Origin: Octopus vulgaris
Lineage: Eukaryota
Direction: 5' to 3'
Length of the DNA: 64,000 nt
Assembly: GCA_951406725.2 (NCBI GenBank)
Contig: OX597826.1
Span: 8,184,001 to 8,248,000 of the forward strand
The position numbers were made by a program, and so were the translations under genes. Below the pieces are notes generated by a model. That model ran no database searches and was not told the DNA's origin. It saw only the letters and a program-made list of their open reading frames with translations. Below are positions 39,824 through 52,860 of this stretch, one piece after another; position 1 is the stretch's first letter; each line of letters opens with the position of its first letter.

Positions 39824-40418
39824 TCTTATTTCTTTACTGCCCACAAGGGGCTAAACACAGAGGGGACAAACAAGAACAGACAAACGGATTAAGTCGATTA
39901 CATCGACCCCAGGGTGTAACAGGTACTTATTTAATCGACCCCCCGAAAGGATGAGAGGCAAAGTCGACCTGGGCGGAATTTGAACTCACAACGTAAAGAC
40001 AGACCTATTTCTTTACTAGCCACAAGGGGCTAAACACAGAGAGGACAAACAAGGACAGACACACGGATTAAGTCGATTGTATCGACACCAGTGCGTAACT
40101 GGTACTAATTTAATCGACCCCGAATGGATGAAAGGCAAAGTCGACCTCGGTGGAATTTGAACTCAGAACGTAAAGATAGACGAAATACCTATTTCTTTAC
40201 TACCCACAAGCGGCTAAACACAGAGAGGACAAACAAGCACAGACAAACGGATTAAGTCGATTATATCGACCCCAGTGCGTAACTGATACTTATTAATCGA
40301 CCCGAAAGGATGAAAGGTAATGTCGACCTCGACGCAATTTGAACTCAGAACGTAGCGGCAGACAAAATACCGCTAAACATTAGGCCCGGGGTGCTAACGT
40401 TTCTGCCAGCTCGCTGTC
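39824..40418 (-). mobile_element. SINE family B trimer (one head plus two headless units)
   Basis: Three ~180-bp units; junctions at ~40005 and ~40190 (CGAAATACC|TATTTCTTTAC). Confidence 0.92.
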
Positions 40419-40880
40419 TTTTTGTGCACGTACATCTACACAATATATATGTGTGTGTATGTCTATGTATCTGTGCGTGTCCATATGCGAATATGTGTAT
40501 GTGTGTGCAGTGTATAAGTGCATGCATGCTTGTGTATACTCCTTAACTCTATGTGCGTCAACGAATGTTGTTGCGTATGTACACGAACATATTAATATAT
40601 GTATATATATTTATATATATATATATGCATGTGTGTTTGTAGTGTGTGTGAGTATCCGTTTGTGTATGTGTAATGTAATGTGTATGTATGTATATGCATG
40701 TATCTGTGTTTAAGCGAAGTAGTAGATATGTGTATATATATCTATACGTATAATCGATGATATATGTGTATGTGTGTTGTATGTGTGTATGTGCACGAGA
40801 TTGTGTATGTGTGTATGTGTGTTTGTGTGTTTCTGTGACGTGCACATCAGTTTGCGTGTGTCGTGTGTGTGTATGTGTGT

Positions 40881-40948
<68 letters not shown>

Positions 40949-41779
40949 TGATACTCTTACCTTTGCGTCGTTGTATGAGAATCCCAATTAAGACATGTTG
41001 TGTGTCTTCTATAATTAATTCCTCAACAGTTCCACGTTATTGGTCCCTAATCAATGCAACATGGCGGCGGTGACGGCGTGATGGCAGAAACGGGGGTTTC
41101 AGGGACAAGAAATGAGTAGGGGTGGTCGGGGGAGGATTACTGGTGAGGACAACGATGGTATTGGTGGTGGTGGTGGTGGTGGTATTTGTAGTGGTGGTGA
41201 TTGTGGTAGTGACAGTGGTGGTAGTGGTCGTGGTGTTTGTGGTGTTTGAGGTGTTTGTGGTAGTGGTAGTTGTGATAGTAATAGTAGTGATTGTGGTGGT
41301 GGTGGTGGTGGTTGTGGGGTTGTGGTGGTTGTGGTGGGGTGGTGTAGATAGTGGTGACGCTGGTAGTAGTGGTGGTTGTGTTGGTTGATGGTGACGGTGA
41401 CGGTGGCAGTTGCAGTGGTGGTAGTTGTGGTTGTGGTGGTTGTTGTAGTGGTTGTGGTGGTGGTGGTGGAGCTGCTGCTGCTGATAGTGGTAATGGTGGT
41501 AGTAGTCGTGGATTTGGCAGTAGCGTGTTAGTGTAGTGGTGCTGGTGCCGGCTGTGGTAATTATTTACTGGTGGTTGTCGTGGTGGTGGTGGTGGTGGTG
41601 GTGGTGATGGTGGTGGTGGTGGTGGGGATGATGATGATGATGGTGGTGGTGGTGGTGGTAGTGGTGGTCGCCGTCGCCGTGGTGAATATCAGAAGGAAAG
41701 AGAAGACAAGAAGTCGAAAATTAATGCGAATGGTGGGAGTGTGTCTGCGTGTATGTGTATGCGGACCATGAATGCGTAT

Positions 41780-41814
<35 letters not shown>

Positions 41815-41908
41815 TATACATATATATCGTGTGTGTGTGTGTTACGTGCCCTTGTGCATGTGTGGGCGATTTGTGTATGTGCATGCATACATTTATGTAT
41901 GTACACAC

Positions 41909-41968
<60 letters not shown>

Positions 41969-42099
41969 ATACATAAATATATATATATATATGCGTGTGT
42001 GTGTGTGTATAAATATATATATATATACATATGCATGTATTTATATACATACATATATATATATACATACATATATATATACATATATATATATAAAGA

Positions 42100-42158
<59 letters not shown>

Positions 42159-42410
42159 ACACGTACACACACACACACACCTCTGTGAGTTTGTGTGTGT
42201 ATGACTGCATAGATACGCTCGCATGTAGTGATTGTATGTTGCTCGTGCGCACCTGAGTGTTTGCGAGTGTGATTTAGAAAGGATTCGAGGAAACACACAT
42301 GTGGACGTGGACATAGACGCATTCCTCCATGTGCGCGTCTGTATGCAGACATACTCTCAGTCACACGCACACACACACACACATTTACACAGACACATAC
42401 ATGTGTTTGT

Positions 42411-42446
<36 letters not shown>

Positions 42447-42543
42447 GTATATGTATGTATATATATATATATGTGTGCGTGTGTATATATATGTATATGT
42501 GTATTTATATATGTGTGTGTATACATATATATGTGTATATATT

Positions 42544-42586
<43 letters not shown>

Positions 42587-43233
42587 GTATGTATGTATTT
42601 ATATATGTATGTGTGCGTGTATGTATACGCATTTATATATAGGTGATTGTATCTGACTATGTGTATGGTTAGATATACACATATACATTATATATATATT
42701 TATATGTGTGTGTTTATATGTGTACGTATGTGAGTGTGTGTGTGTGTATGTGTGTGTGTGTGTGTTCTCGCGCCTGTTTGCGTGTGTGTTGTGTGTGTGT
42801 GTGTGTGTGTGATGTGTCAAATGATTCTCTTCAATCCACTTCTAGTGATTCTTTAATTTAATGCCTTGTAATGAAGATTTTGTCAGCGCTACCATTCTAT
42901 TAGGTGTTTCCTATGTAATGACAACTTCGGGAACATTTTTCAACTAACCGCCTCTTAATTCTCGAATTGATTCAAACAGCTTCGCTTTTCTTCTATTCAA
43001 CAAAATCAGGAAACGGCGAACTCAAAATTTATTCCTTCGAATGTTTTTTATCCAATTTTTTTTATATATACTGTCATTTTTTAAGTATTTTTTTGGAAGA
43101 GTGTGTATTTTTTGAGAGTGTAAATGAATGTGTGTATTTCTGTGTCTCTCTCCCTACTCTCTCTGTGTGTGTCTCTCTCTCTCTCTTTCCCTCCCTCTCT
43201 CTCCTCCCTTTCTCTCCCCTGGTTTCCCCCTTT

Positions 43234-43268
<35 letters not shown>

Positions 43269-43397
43269 GTATGTGGGTGCGAGAGTACGTATATATGTAT
43301 ACATATAAACACAAGCATACATATATAGATAGATAGATAAACAGATAGATAGATAGTTAGATAGATAGATAGATAGATAGATAGATGGATAGATAGT

Positions 43398-43440
<43 letters not shown>

Positions 43441-43474
43441 TCAGACAGACATAGACAGACAGACAGATAGATAG

Positions 43475-43533
<59 letters not shown>

Positions 43534-43552
43534 TATAGATAGATAGACAGAT

Positions 43553-43605
<53 letters not shown>

Positions 43606-43879
43606 CGTATATATATATATATATATATATACACATACATACACATGCATACGTTGTGGTGTTGGAAGAACAGGAAATCAATGTATTTACTAGAATTTAT
43701 GTGGTCGAATACCATGATTCATTTCCCTGATGTATTCAACACACACACACACACACACATACACACACACACACGCACGCACACACACACACCCGCACTT
43801 ACACACAGACACACACGCACACGCTCATACATATATAGAATTTAATAAATATGTATTTTCCAAATTGGGTATATTTTTT

Positions 43880-44295
43880 ATTCTTTTAAGTTGTTTCAGT
43901 GATTTTACTGCGGTCATGCTGAAGCACCGCTTTAAAGAGTTTTAAAGAGTTTTAGCCGTAGAAATCGACATCAGGACTTATACTTTGTAAGATTAATACT
44001 TCTTCTAACGGTCCCTTTGGCCGAACCGCTCAGTTACGGGGGCATAAATTCACCGGCATCGGTTGTCAAGCGATGGCGGGAGGACAAACAGAGAGAGAGA
44101 GAGAGAGAGAGAGAATTATATACATGTATGTATATGACGGGTTTCTTTCAGTTTCCGTCAACCAAATCCACTGACAAGGTTTTGGTTGGCCCGAGGCTAT
44201 AGAAGACACTCACCCAAGGTGCCACGCAGCGGACTGAACCTGGAACCATGTTGTTGGGAAGCAAGCTTCTTACCACACAGCCACACCTGCGCCTG
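43880..44295 (-). mobile_element. SINE family C
   Basis: Colinear with 28150-28567; linker has drifted to (GA)n/(TA). Confidence 0.88.
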
Positions 44296-44357
44296 TATAT
44301 AACTTTACACACAAACAAACGTTAATATATAACGTTTGTGTGTGTATGTATGTTTAC

Positions 44358-44405
<48 letters not shown>

Positions 44406-44452
44406 GTGTATGTATGCATGTATATATGTCTATATGTATGCATGTATATGGG

Positions 44453-44672
44453 GGAGGCGCGTGGCTCAATGTTTAGGGTGTCAGACTCATGTACGTAAGA
44501 TTGTGGTTTCGATTCCTGAGCCGAGCGACGCGTTGTATTCTTGAGCAAGACACTTCATTTCACGATGCCCCAGTCCACTCAGCCGGGAAAAATTAGTAAT
44601 CCTGCAATGGACACGCATCCAGTCCAGTTGTGGAATGTATATACCACTGAAACTGGGAAACCGGCCCTTATG
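44453..44672 (+). mobile_element. SINE family F
   Basis: GGAGGCGCGTGGCTCAATG head, GGTTTCGATTCC, CTTGAGCAAGACACTT, tail GGGAAACCGGCCCTTATG shared with family A. Confidence 0.8.
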
Positions 44673-44697
44673 TATATGTTAACTTATATTTTGAATA

Positions 44698-45658
44698 CAG
44701 GCGCAAGAACAGCTGTGTAACGAAGTTTGCTTCCCAACCCCACGGTTACGGGTGTAGTCCCCCTGTTTAGCAAAGTGAGCAAGTGTTTTCAACTATAGCC
44801 TCAGTCCGCCCAAAGTCTTATAAGGGAATTTGCTAGACAGAAAAGCGAAAGAAGCCTGTCGAGGACATATATATATATATATATATACGTATTATTTTTG
44901 TATTCATATTCGTGTAACATCGTCCGTTTTTCCGACCTTGTTTTGTATACATTCGAAGCTTTTTTCTAAGAAATCTAATGCGCTTAGCTTAGTTTTTCTT
45001 TGGGGCTGGCCGGATTGGAGCAATCACAAGATTAATCAGCCGAAATTGCGAGGATAATCCGGTTCTTGATTGAAGATTGTTTTTTGTATCGTCTTCTAAA
45101 TGTTTACGTTCTTGTCCCAGTTTGTATTTTTTTACATATATATATATATATATATAAACAAAAGACGAAGACAGGTGTAGGAACGATAAGCAAGCGTATT
45201 AGTTTGACGCTCGGAGAAAAAGAGAAAAGCCCTTTATGTTTCGAGCCTACGCTCTTCGTTAGAAAGGAATAAGAGGAAATAAACAGTTAGAATGAAAAAA
45301 AAAGTGCTGCGTGCAGCGCTCCAGAATGGCGTATATATATATATACGTGTGTGTGTGTGTGCTTGTACACATGCATATATGTTTGTATTTGTGTATATAT
45401 GTGTGTGTGTGTGTATCTCTGTGAGTGTCTGTTTGTCTGTCTGTCTGTTTTACTGTCTGCGTTTCTGCTCCGCCACCGCATGACAATCGGTGTTGTTATA
45501 TTTACGTTACTATTACGTAGCGGTTCGGCAAAAGAGAACCGATACAGTAAGTAGAGTAAGGGAAAAATAGTTACTGGGCTTGATTCTTTCGACAAAAATT
45601 CTTTATGGTGGTGCCCCAGCATGGCCACAGTCTCATGACTAAAACGAGTAAAAGATAA
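44698..45658 (+). mobile_element. SINE family C split at its (TA)n linker by two inserted elements
   Basis: Head half at 44698-44865 and 3' half at ~45460-45658 in the same orientation; inserts at ~44890-45135 and ~45156-45330, each bounded by (TA)n. Confidence 0.7.
45156..45330 (-). mobile_element. (TA)n-flanked hammerhead-bearing repeat (degenerate core)
   Basis: Minus strand ccttt-CTAACGA-a-GAGC-gtag-GCTC-GAAACATA-aagg; shares AAAGACGAAGACAGGTGTAGGAA with 62040-62198. Confidence 0.6.
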
Positions 45659-45685
45659 ATGATACACACAGAAACACACACAAAC

Positions 45686-45716
<31 letters not shown>

Positions 45717-45939
45717 TGTATGTATGTATGTATGTATGTATGTATGTATGTATGTATGTATGTATGTATGTATGTATGTATGTATGTATGTATGTATGTA
45801 TGTATGTATGTATGTATGTATGTATGTATGTATGTATGTATGTATGTATGTATGTATGTATTTATGTATGTATGTATGTATGTATGTATGTATGTATGTA
45901 TGTATGTATGTATGTATTTATGTATGTATGTATGCATGC

Positions 45940-45972
<33 letters not shown>

Positions 45973-46090
45973 TGTATTTATGTATGTATGTATGTATATA
46001 TGTATTTATGTATGTATGTTTGTATGTATGTATGTATGTATGTATGTATGTATGTATGTATGTATGTATGTATTTATGTATGTATGTATG

Positions 46091-46122
<32 letters not shown>

Positions 46123-46155
46123 TGTATGTATGTATGTATGTATTATGTATGTATG
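45686..46155. repeat. (TATG)n microsatellite, ~470 bp
   Basis: Direct reading. Confidence 0.97.
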
Positions 46156-46654
46156 GAAATGTTCAGGTACCGCATTAATGATTCTGCTAAATTACAAATT
46201 GGTTATGAAAGACAACCGAAAGAGTAAGAAGTAGCCCTAATATGCCCGAATCCATGTAGTTTAGCCAAGAGTTAACCAACTCATATTGCCTTTAAAATAC
46301 TCCTCGTAATGTAGTTAATAAAGAAAAAGAAATATTAAAATAAGCGAAACTTTTACAAAAACAAACTAAAATGAAGCGTTAAGTGAAAATCTATTGAAAT
46401 TTTAATGACTTATTCACAAAACTACATCTCTTCAGCTTTCAAAGTTCAGAGCTGGAATTTGGCACTAAGCACATTAACTTGTCTTGAGGAGAATGGCTGT
46501 CAGGATTAGCATCTCAAGGTGAAGAGCTCTCGGAGTTTTTATATTGCTTCATCCTGAAGGTGACTAAGATATCAACAACTGAAGAGTGGCAGCGTATCTG
46601 ACTGAACAAATGTTGAAGTCAGAGGATTTTGCAAGTGACGTTTGTCTCTTTGTC

Positions 46655-47238
46655 TTTTTTTTTGTTTCAATCATTAGACTACGGCCACGCTGCAGCATCG
46701 CCTTGAAGAAGTTTTTAGTCGAATATATCGACCTCAGTTCTGGTGGGGTTTTTTTCTTTTCAAAGGCCTGGTACTTATTCGATCGGTTTTCTTTTGCCGA
46801 ACCGCCAAGTTACGGAGACGTAAAGATAGTGCTCAAGTTACAGAGACGTAAGATAGTGCTCATGGGAACTGCTCATAACCTACGCAAAATACTTTCTATG
46901 TAATCTCAAGTTTTAAAACAAACATAATTTTTTTATGGTTTCTTAAACATTCTCTAGAACAACACTATGTACAGAATTGGTGCTGATGAGTTACAGAGAC
47001 GTAAACACACCACCATCAATTCTTAAGCGGTGGTGGTTGAGTGGAGAAATACAGACACAAAGACAAACATACACACGCATACATACATACTAAATCCGTC
47101 TACTAAATCCATTCAAAAAGGCTTTGCTGAATCCGAGGCCATAGTAGAAGAGACTTGCTCAAGTTTCCACGCAATGAAATTGAACTCCGAACCACGGTGC
47201 TGGAAGACAAGCTTCTTACCACACAATCACGCCTGCGC
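46655..47238 (-). mobile_element. Older SINE family C copy containing a captured LINE 3' fragment
   Basis: SINE-C motifs on both sides of 46851-46976, which matches the RLE LINE C-terminus (KIVLMGTAHNLRKILSM*) and proximal UTR on the + strand. Confidence 0.8.
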
Positions 47239-48401
47239 TTTTTATCTAGATTTTAAAAACACATCTTGCCAGCCAAGCTATTTCATATATTTTGTACTTA
47301 CTTTGATTAGCTTATCTTGCAGCCTGTAAAATTTCAGTATTACTTCATACTTATAAAACTACGTTAGTCTAGACTTTTTAATCATTCGAAATATCTTCTC
47401 TTACATTTACCTCCTTTTCCTCACTGTTCTCTTCTCCAATTATAGTTATAGACTTACAATCATTTGTACAATTTCTGAGACAGTTTAATAATAATGAACA
47501 GTAGATGCATCTCCAGCTACATTAAAACTTTCCCACACATTATATCTATCGATCCTCGAAGCAAAATCTTTTGCAGCGGGATTAGTTAAATAACGAGCAT
47601 AGGAAAATGGATCATTTATATTGTGTTTTCCGTTTCGAAGCCCTAAATTCTTTAATAATTTCCGATGCTTTCATCAAGTACAAAAGGAAATACTCTCTCA
47701 TTGTTATCATTGTCAGACATACAGGTGCATCCTGAGGGCTGGTACATTCATTCAAGTAATACTAGCCAGTTTGTCCAGATATCCAATATATATTTATGGT
47801 ACGTCAGTACTTTTCTTTCTATCATTTCTTTCCACTAGAAGTAGAACATGAGAAAATTGAGGCCATGGCTGAAAAGGAAAGACATACATCTTGTTCTTTC
47901 ACAACCATGTTCCACCACTAGGACGTAGCTGTATTTTGTTGTCAGCCCAGATTGTTGTGTGGGATGACAGTGTTGTTTCCTGAAAGGTTTCAGTCTTCAG
48001 ATAAATACTTTCTTACTGGACACAGGGGTGGAAGATGTAAACATTAACGTTCCCGTCGAGCTCCTCCGCCACCGAGATCTTCTTTACCTGAATTTACAAA
48101 ACAGCATTTTCTGCCCATTAGATCGATCACAGCCGAAACCAAAATGTATTACAGGTAGCGATCAAAGATGAATGCGAGTTCGTACTTTATGGAAACTGTG
48201 ATCTTACTAATAAATTTATAATCATTTAATGAGACCTGATTATAGTCCATTTGATGAACCACGTAATTTACTTGGTACATAGCTTATCGAATTTTACCTA
48301 GCTGGGATTTGAAAACGGAACCTGGAAAGAAGGAACCCAACTAAATACCATTGAAGCACACAACCCTCTGCGAATTCTGCCAATCAACTGACCTTGATGA
48401 C

Positions 48402-48468
<67 letters not shown>

Positions 48469-49022
48469 GCCCTGATGCAGTGCCAGGCAGTGGCTCTCAT
48501 GGCTTCTGATCTTAACTGATTGGAAGTGTTATCATGTTCATTGTTTTGTCTTGGTATAAATGATGGGCTACAGCAAATATTCTGCTCAATACCACAGATT
48601 TGCTTGTCAGTTGTTTGACCTTAACCAGTTGAGCATGTCCCTTAGTGGCTGACGATATGTGCATCTCTGATCACGAGCAGAAGTAGTGGGGGAGCATCAT
48701 AGCCATGTGTTGAGAGGGATTCTTTGGGGTTTGAATAATTCACCTTTGGAAACATGGGTGGTTCTTTCAACATCCTTAAACAACCCTTATTCGGGGACCT
48801 TTTGAGCGGGATGGGCTACTCAACCTGAAGAAAATTCTAACTGGGCCCCACCTGCAAGGTCATGTGCTGTTTATCTTGATATGAGATCACCATGTCGCAC
48901 ACATATGTTTGCGATGCATGTGCCTGGTATACCTTTATCAGACGGGTAGTCATGATGGGTATATTGGGCTTCGTATATTTTACCCCAGTGTCACTTTGAT
49001 GGCATGCACTGCTCTCTCACTC
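48469..49022 (+). mobile_element. ~550-bp non-coding interspersed repeat (family D) embedded in (AAT)n
   Basis: Second copy inverted at 50127-50541; both share the end CACTGCTCTCTCACTC|AATAAT. Confidence 0.85.
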
Positions 49023-49221
49023 AATAATAATAATAATAATAATGATAATAATAATAATAATGATGATGATGATGATAATAATAATAATAAGAAGAAGAAT
49101 GGTTTTAAATTTTACCACAAGGCCAGCAATTTCGGAGGAGTGGTTAATAATAATATTAATAATAATAATGATGATGATGATGATGATAATAATAATAATA
49201 AGAAGAAGAAGAAGAAGAAGA

Positions 49222-49428
49222 ATGGTTTAAAATTTTACCACAAGGCCAGCAATTTCGGAGGAGTGGTTAAGTCGATTATATTGACCCCAGAGTTTAAGTG
49301 GTTCTTATTTTACCGACCCCGAAAAAGAAAGTAGAGCTCGGCGGAATTTGAACCCAGGATGTGAAGTCGGAAGAAATGACGCTAAGCATTTTGCCCGGCA
49401 TGCTAACGACTCTGCCAGCTCGTCGCCT
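49222..49428 (-). mobile_element. SINE family B (short tail) with a duplicated tail segment at ~49055-49147
   Basis: GCTAACGACTCTGCCAGCTCGTCGCC head end; AAATTTTACCACAAGGCCAGCAATTTCGGAGGAGTGGTTAA occurs twice. Confidence 0.8.
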
Positions 49429-50034
49429 CTTAATGATTATTATTATTATTATTATTATTATGGTTGTGATAGTGGTGGCGTTGGTGGTGGTGGCGGTGAC
49501 TGTGAAGTTGATGGTGGTTGTGATGGCCGTCATACATTAAAGAAATACGAATAAATAAATAAATAAGTTCTCAAGAAGACGTTGAGATCTTAATTAGCTG
49601 CAACAGTTTCTCATCTGGAACCATTAAAACAGCAGCTAATTATTAACTTAGCGGCAACAGTGAAGTTAAATTGCTGAACATCCTTTCCATGACCTTAGAA
49701 TATAATTATCATTCGAACAGTAATTTGTACAATAAGGTTTCCTTTTTATTTATTTTTTTTTTTCTGAGAGTTTACTGCTTGAGAGGTGAAATAGCTGCGC
49801 AAAAATATATTTTGCAGGGCGGTGTTTGGTAATTATTTCTTTTATCTCCAAAATAATATAAATATCAAATGACATGGTTTGAACATGGAATCAATAATGT
49901 GTGACGTTAATCCACAATTATACGGTAAAAGGTGTTGGTGATATTTGAGCTGGAACCTGGACCTACGCTGTTGCGTGCGAAGCAAATTTCTTAACCAGCA
50001 GGTTTTTTTTTAGTTTTTTATGTTGTTATTATTG

Positions 50035-50126
<92 letters not shown>

Positions 50127-50538
50127 GAGTGAGAGAGCAGTGCATGCCATCAAAGTGACACTGGGGTAAAATATACGAAGCCAAGTATACCCATCATGAC
50201 TACCCGTCTGTGCGCGACATGGTGATCTCATATCAAGATAAACAGCGCATGACCTTGCAGGTGGGGCCCAGGTAGAATTTTCTTCTGGTCGAGTAACCCA
50301 TCCCTCCCAAAAGCTCCTTGAATAAGGGTTGTTTAAGGATGTTGAACGAAACGTCAATGTTTCCAGGGGGGAATTATTCAAACTCCAAAGAATCCCTCTC
50401 AACACATGGCTATGGTGTTCCCCACTACTTCTGCTCGTGATCAGAGATGCACATATCGTCAGCCACTAAGGGACATGGTCAACTAGTTAAGGTCAAAAAC
50501 TGACAAGCAAGTCTGTGGTATTGAGCAGAATATTTGCT

Positions 50539-50541
<3 letters not shown>
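50127..50541 (-). mobile_element. Family D repeat, 5'-truncated copy, in (ATT)n
   Basis: Reverse complement of ~48569-49022 with an internal deletion. Confidence 0.85.
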
Positions 50542-50602
<61 letters not shown>

Positions 50603-50721
50603 TATTATCATCATTATTATTATTTATTTATTTATTCATTTCTCTATTTATTTTGGTTTTGGGGTTTTTCCTCTGAGTGGACAAGCAACAAAAGCATCGT
50701 CGAAAATTTAGATGTTGGCTA

Positions 50722-51000
50722 GCCTGGCTCTCCGTCGATTGCGACACCGAGTGTTCTAGTTGATACGGTCAACCGAAAAGTCTGCTCGTGAAGTTAACAT
50801 GCAAGTGGCTGAGCGCTCCACAGACACGCGTATCCTTAGCGTAGCTCTCAGAAAGATTCAGTGTGAAACCTGTAATGCAAAGGGCCCCTTGCATTACATT
50901 TACAACTCATTTTTACCAGCTGCGTGAACTGGAACAACGAGAAATAAAGCGTCTTGCTCAAGGACACAACGCCGACAATCGAACACACCGTGTAAGCCAC
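50722..51000 (-). mobile_element. Degenerate SINE (CORE-like centre shared with family G, different tail)
   Basis: GAACTGGAACAACGAGAAATAAAGCGTCTTGCTCAAGGACACAAC similar to 61310-61360. Confidence 0.65.
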
Positions 51001-51340
51001 TCACTTTCACACCACGTTGCCTTGATGGACGAGGAGCCTTACCACAATGTTACACATAGCAAGCTCTTACAGTGTCTTTTGAATCACGCAACCCTTTTTG
51101 CTTGATCAAAAAAAAAAAAAAATCAAGCATTCCGTTTTATTTACTGCACAAAATCAAAATGAATTTCGGAACAAATCCAAATAAATATTGATCCGATAGC
51201 GTGGTGATTTATGTAGAGGTCTCGAAGGGTACCGACATATCGTAGAGTCAAGATAATAACCAATGTTTTAAAGGAACATACTGCTACTCCCCACGTGGCT
51301 GTTGTTGTTGTTGTTATTGTTGTTGTTGTTGTTGTTGTTG

Positions 51341-51874
51341 TTCTTCTTCTTCTTCTTCTTCTTCTTCTTTTTCTTCTTCTTCTTCTTCTTCTTCTTCTTC
51401 TTCTTCTTCTTCTTCTTCTTCTTCTTCTTCTTCTTCTTCTTCCAATCAGGACTCACGACATTAGCCACACATAATAATCTCTAATTCCAGCCTACTCGAA
51501 GCTACTCAGAATGCGTGTGGCAACTTGAAGATCCACCCACCACACGCGATAGACTGGCGGTTGCACGGGCACGAAAGCAACGATGTTATCCTCATTCCTT
51601 AAAGGGTGGCTTTTAACGGGTGGAGATCCTGGGGTACAGAGAGTACAGAGTGTCTGAAAGTTTTACCACACCATAGTGGATTACACCATGGTTCTTCTGC
51701 TTTGTGGCAGAAGTAGGAAAAAAGAGTGTGAGAAGGTTGTGGTGAAAGAGTACAGCAGGTTTCACCACCCCTCCCCGCCGCAGCCTCGTGGAGCTTAGGT
51801 GTTTTCGCTCAATCGAAGCCGCGTTCTTACGACCGCGAACCCGCTACCGTAGCCACTGGACCATTGCACCTCCA
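51341..51874 (-). mobile_element. SINE family E with (GAA)n tail
   Basis: Reverse complement of 21188-21783; (TTC)n at 51341-51442. Confidence 0.85.
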
Positions 51875-52519
51875 CAACTGTTGTTGTTGTTGTGGTGGTT
51901 GTTTTCATGGCGGTGGTTTTGGTGGTGGTGATGGTGGTGGTGATGGTGGTGGTAGTGGTGTTTGTCCACAAGACAGTCCTGATAGAGGAAAACTGTTCAA
52001 TGAGGAAGCTTATGATCAAATCCATGATTAAACCTACAATCAAAACGTTTACCAGCCGTGACCACCCTGTTCCTTTACATATAAAAACACACCATCGACC
52101 ATCATTGTACTGTCTCGACCAATCATAGAGACAGAATTATCTACTAATTCAAGCTGCTCAAAATACAAAGTAGGTACCTCTTCGTTACCTCGTCTACGTT
52201 TGAACCTTATATAACTGGCATAGGTTTTATCTGATTTCATTACATCATAGAAACCATGACCTAGAGGGACGTTCTTTCCGTTGTTTAACCACTGGTCAAC
52301 TCTGATCACACAGACCTATGATGCAAAGTGTTAAAGCCATAAGCATCCGCTTTTTAAAAATTTTATTTTATTCTATTTATTTATTTATTTATTTATGTTT
52401 ATGCAAACCTTTCAATTTTCGCTCTCTCCTAGTATCATATTACACAATGTCTGCTCAGACGTTGTTTTTTTAAACGACGAAAAGATGTTAACTAAGAGAG
52501 TTTTAGCACATGTTTTGGC

Positions 52520-52860
52520 AACCGGTGTTGGTGTTTTTACGTTCTCGTAACTTAGTAGTTCGGCAAAAAGTGAGTGATAGAATAAGTACTAGGCTTTAAA
52601 AAGAAATAAGCACTGGGGTCGATTCATTATATTAAAAATCTTTCAAAGCGGTACTCCAGCATGGCCGCCGTCAAATGACTGAAACATGTAAAAGAATATA
52701 TATGTATACGACGGTATTCTCTCAGTTTCCGTCTACCAAATGCACTCACAAGGCTTTGGTCGGCCCAAGACGCTTGCCCAATGTTCCATGCAATGGGATT
52801 GAACCCGGGACCGTGTGGTTGGGATGAAAGTCTCTTACGATACAGCCATGCCTTCGCCTA
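52520..52860. mobile_element. SINE family C halves in opposite orientation (3' half on +, head half on -)
   Basis: 52520-52697 matches the 3' half on +; 52705-52860 matches the head half on -; joined by a TA-rich spacer. Confidence 0.75.

Noticed and set aside
39824-40418. Regularly spaced repeats suggestive of a CRISPR array
   Set aside because: Whole ~180-bp units repeat with no unique spacers; eukaryotic SINE concatemer and no cas genes
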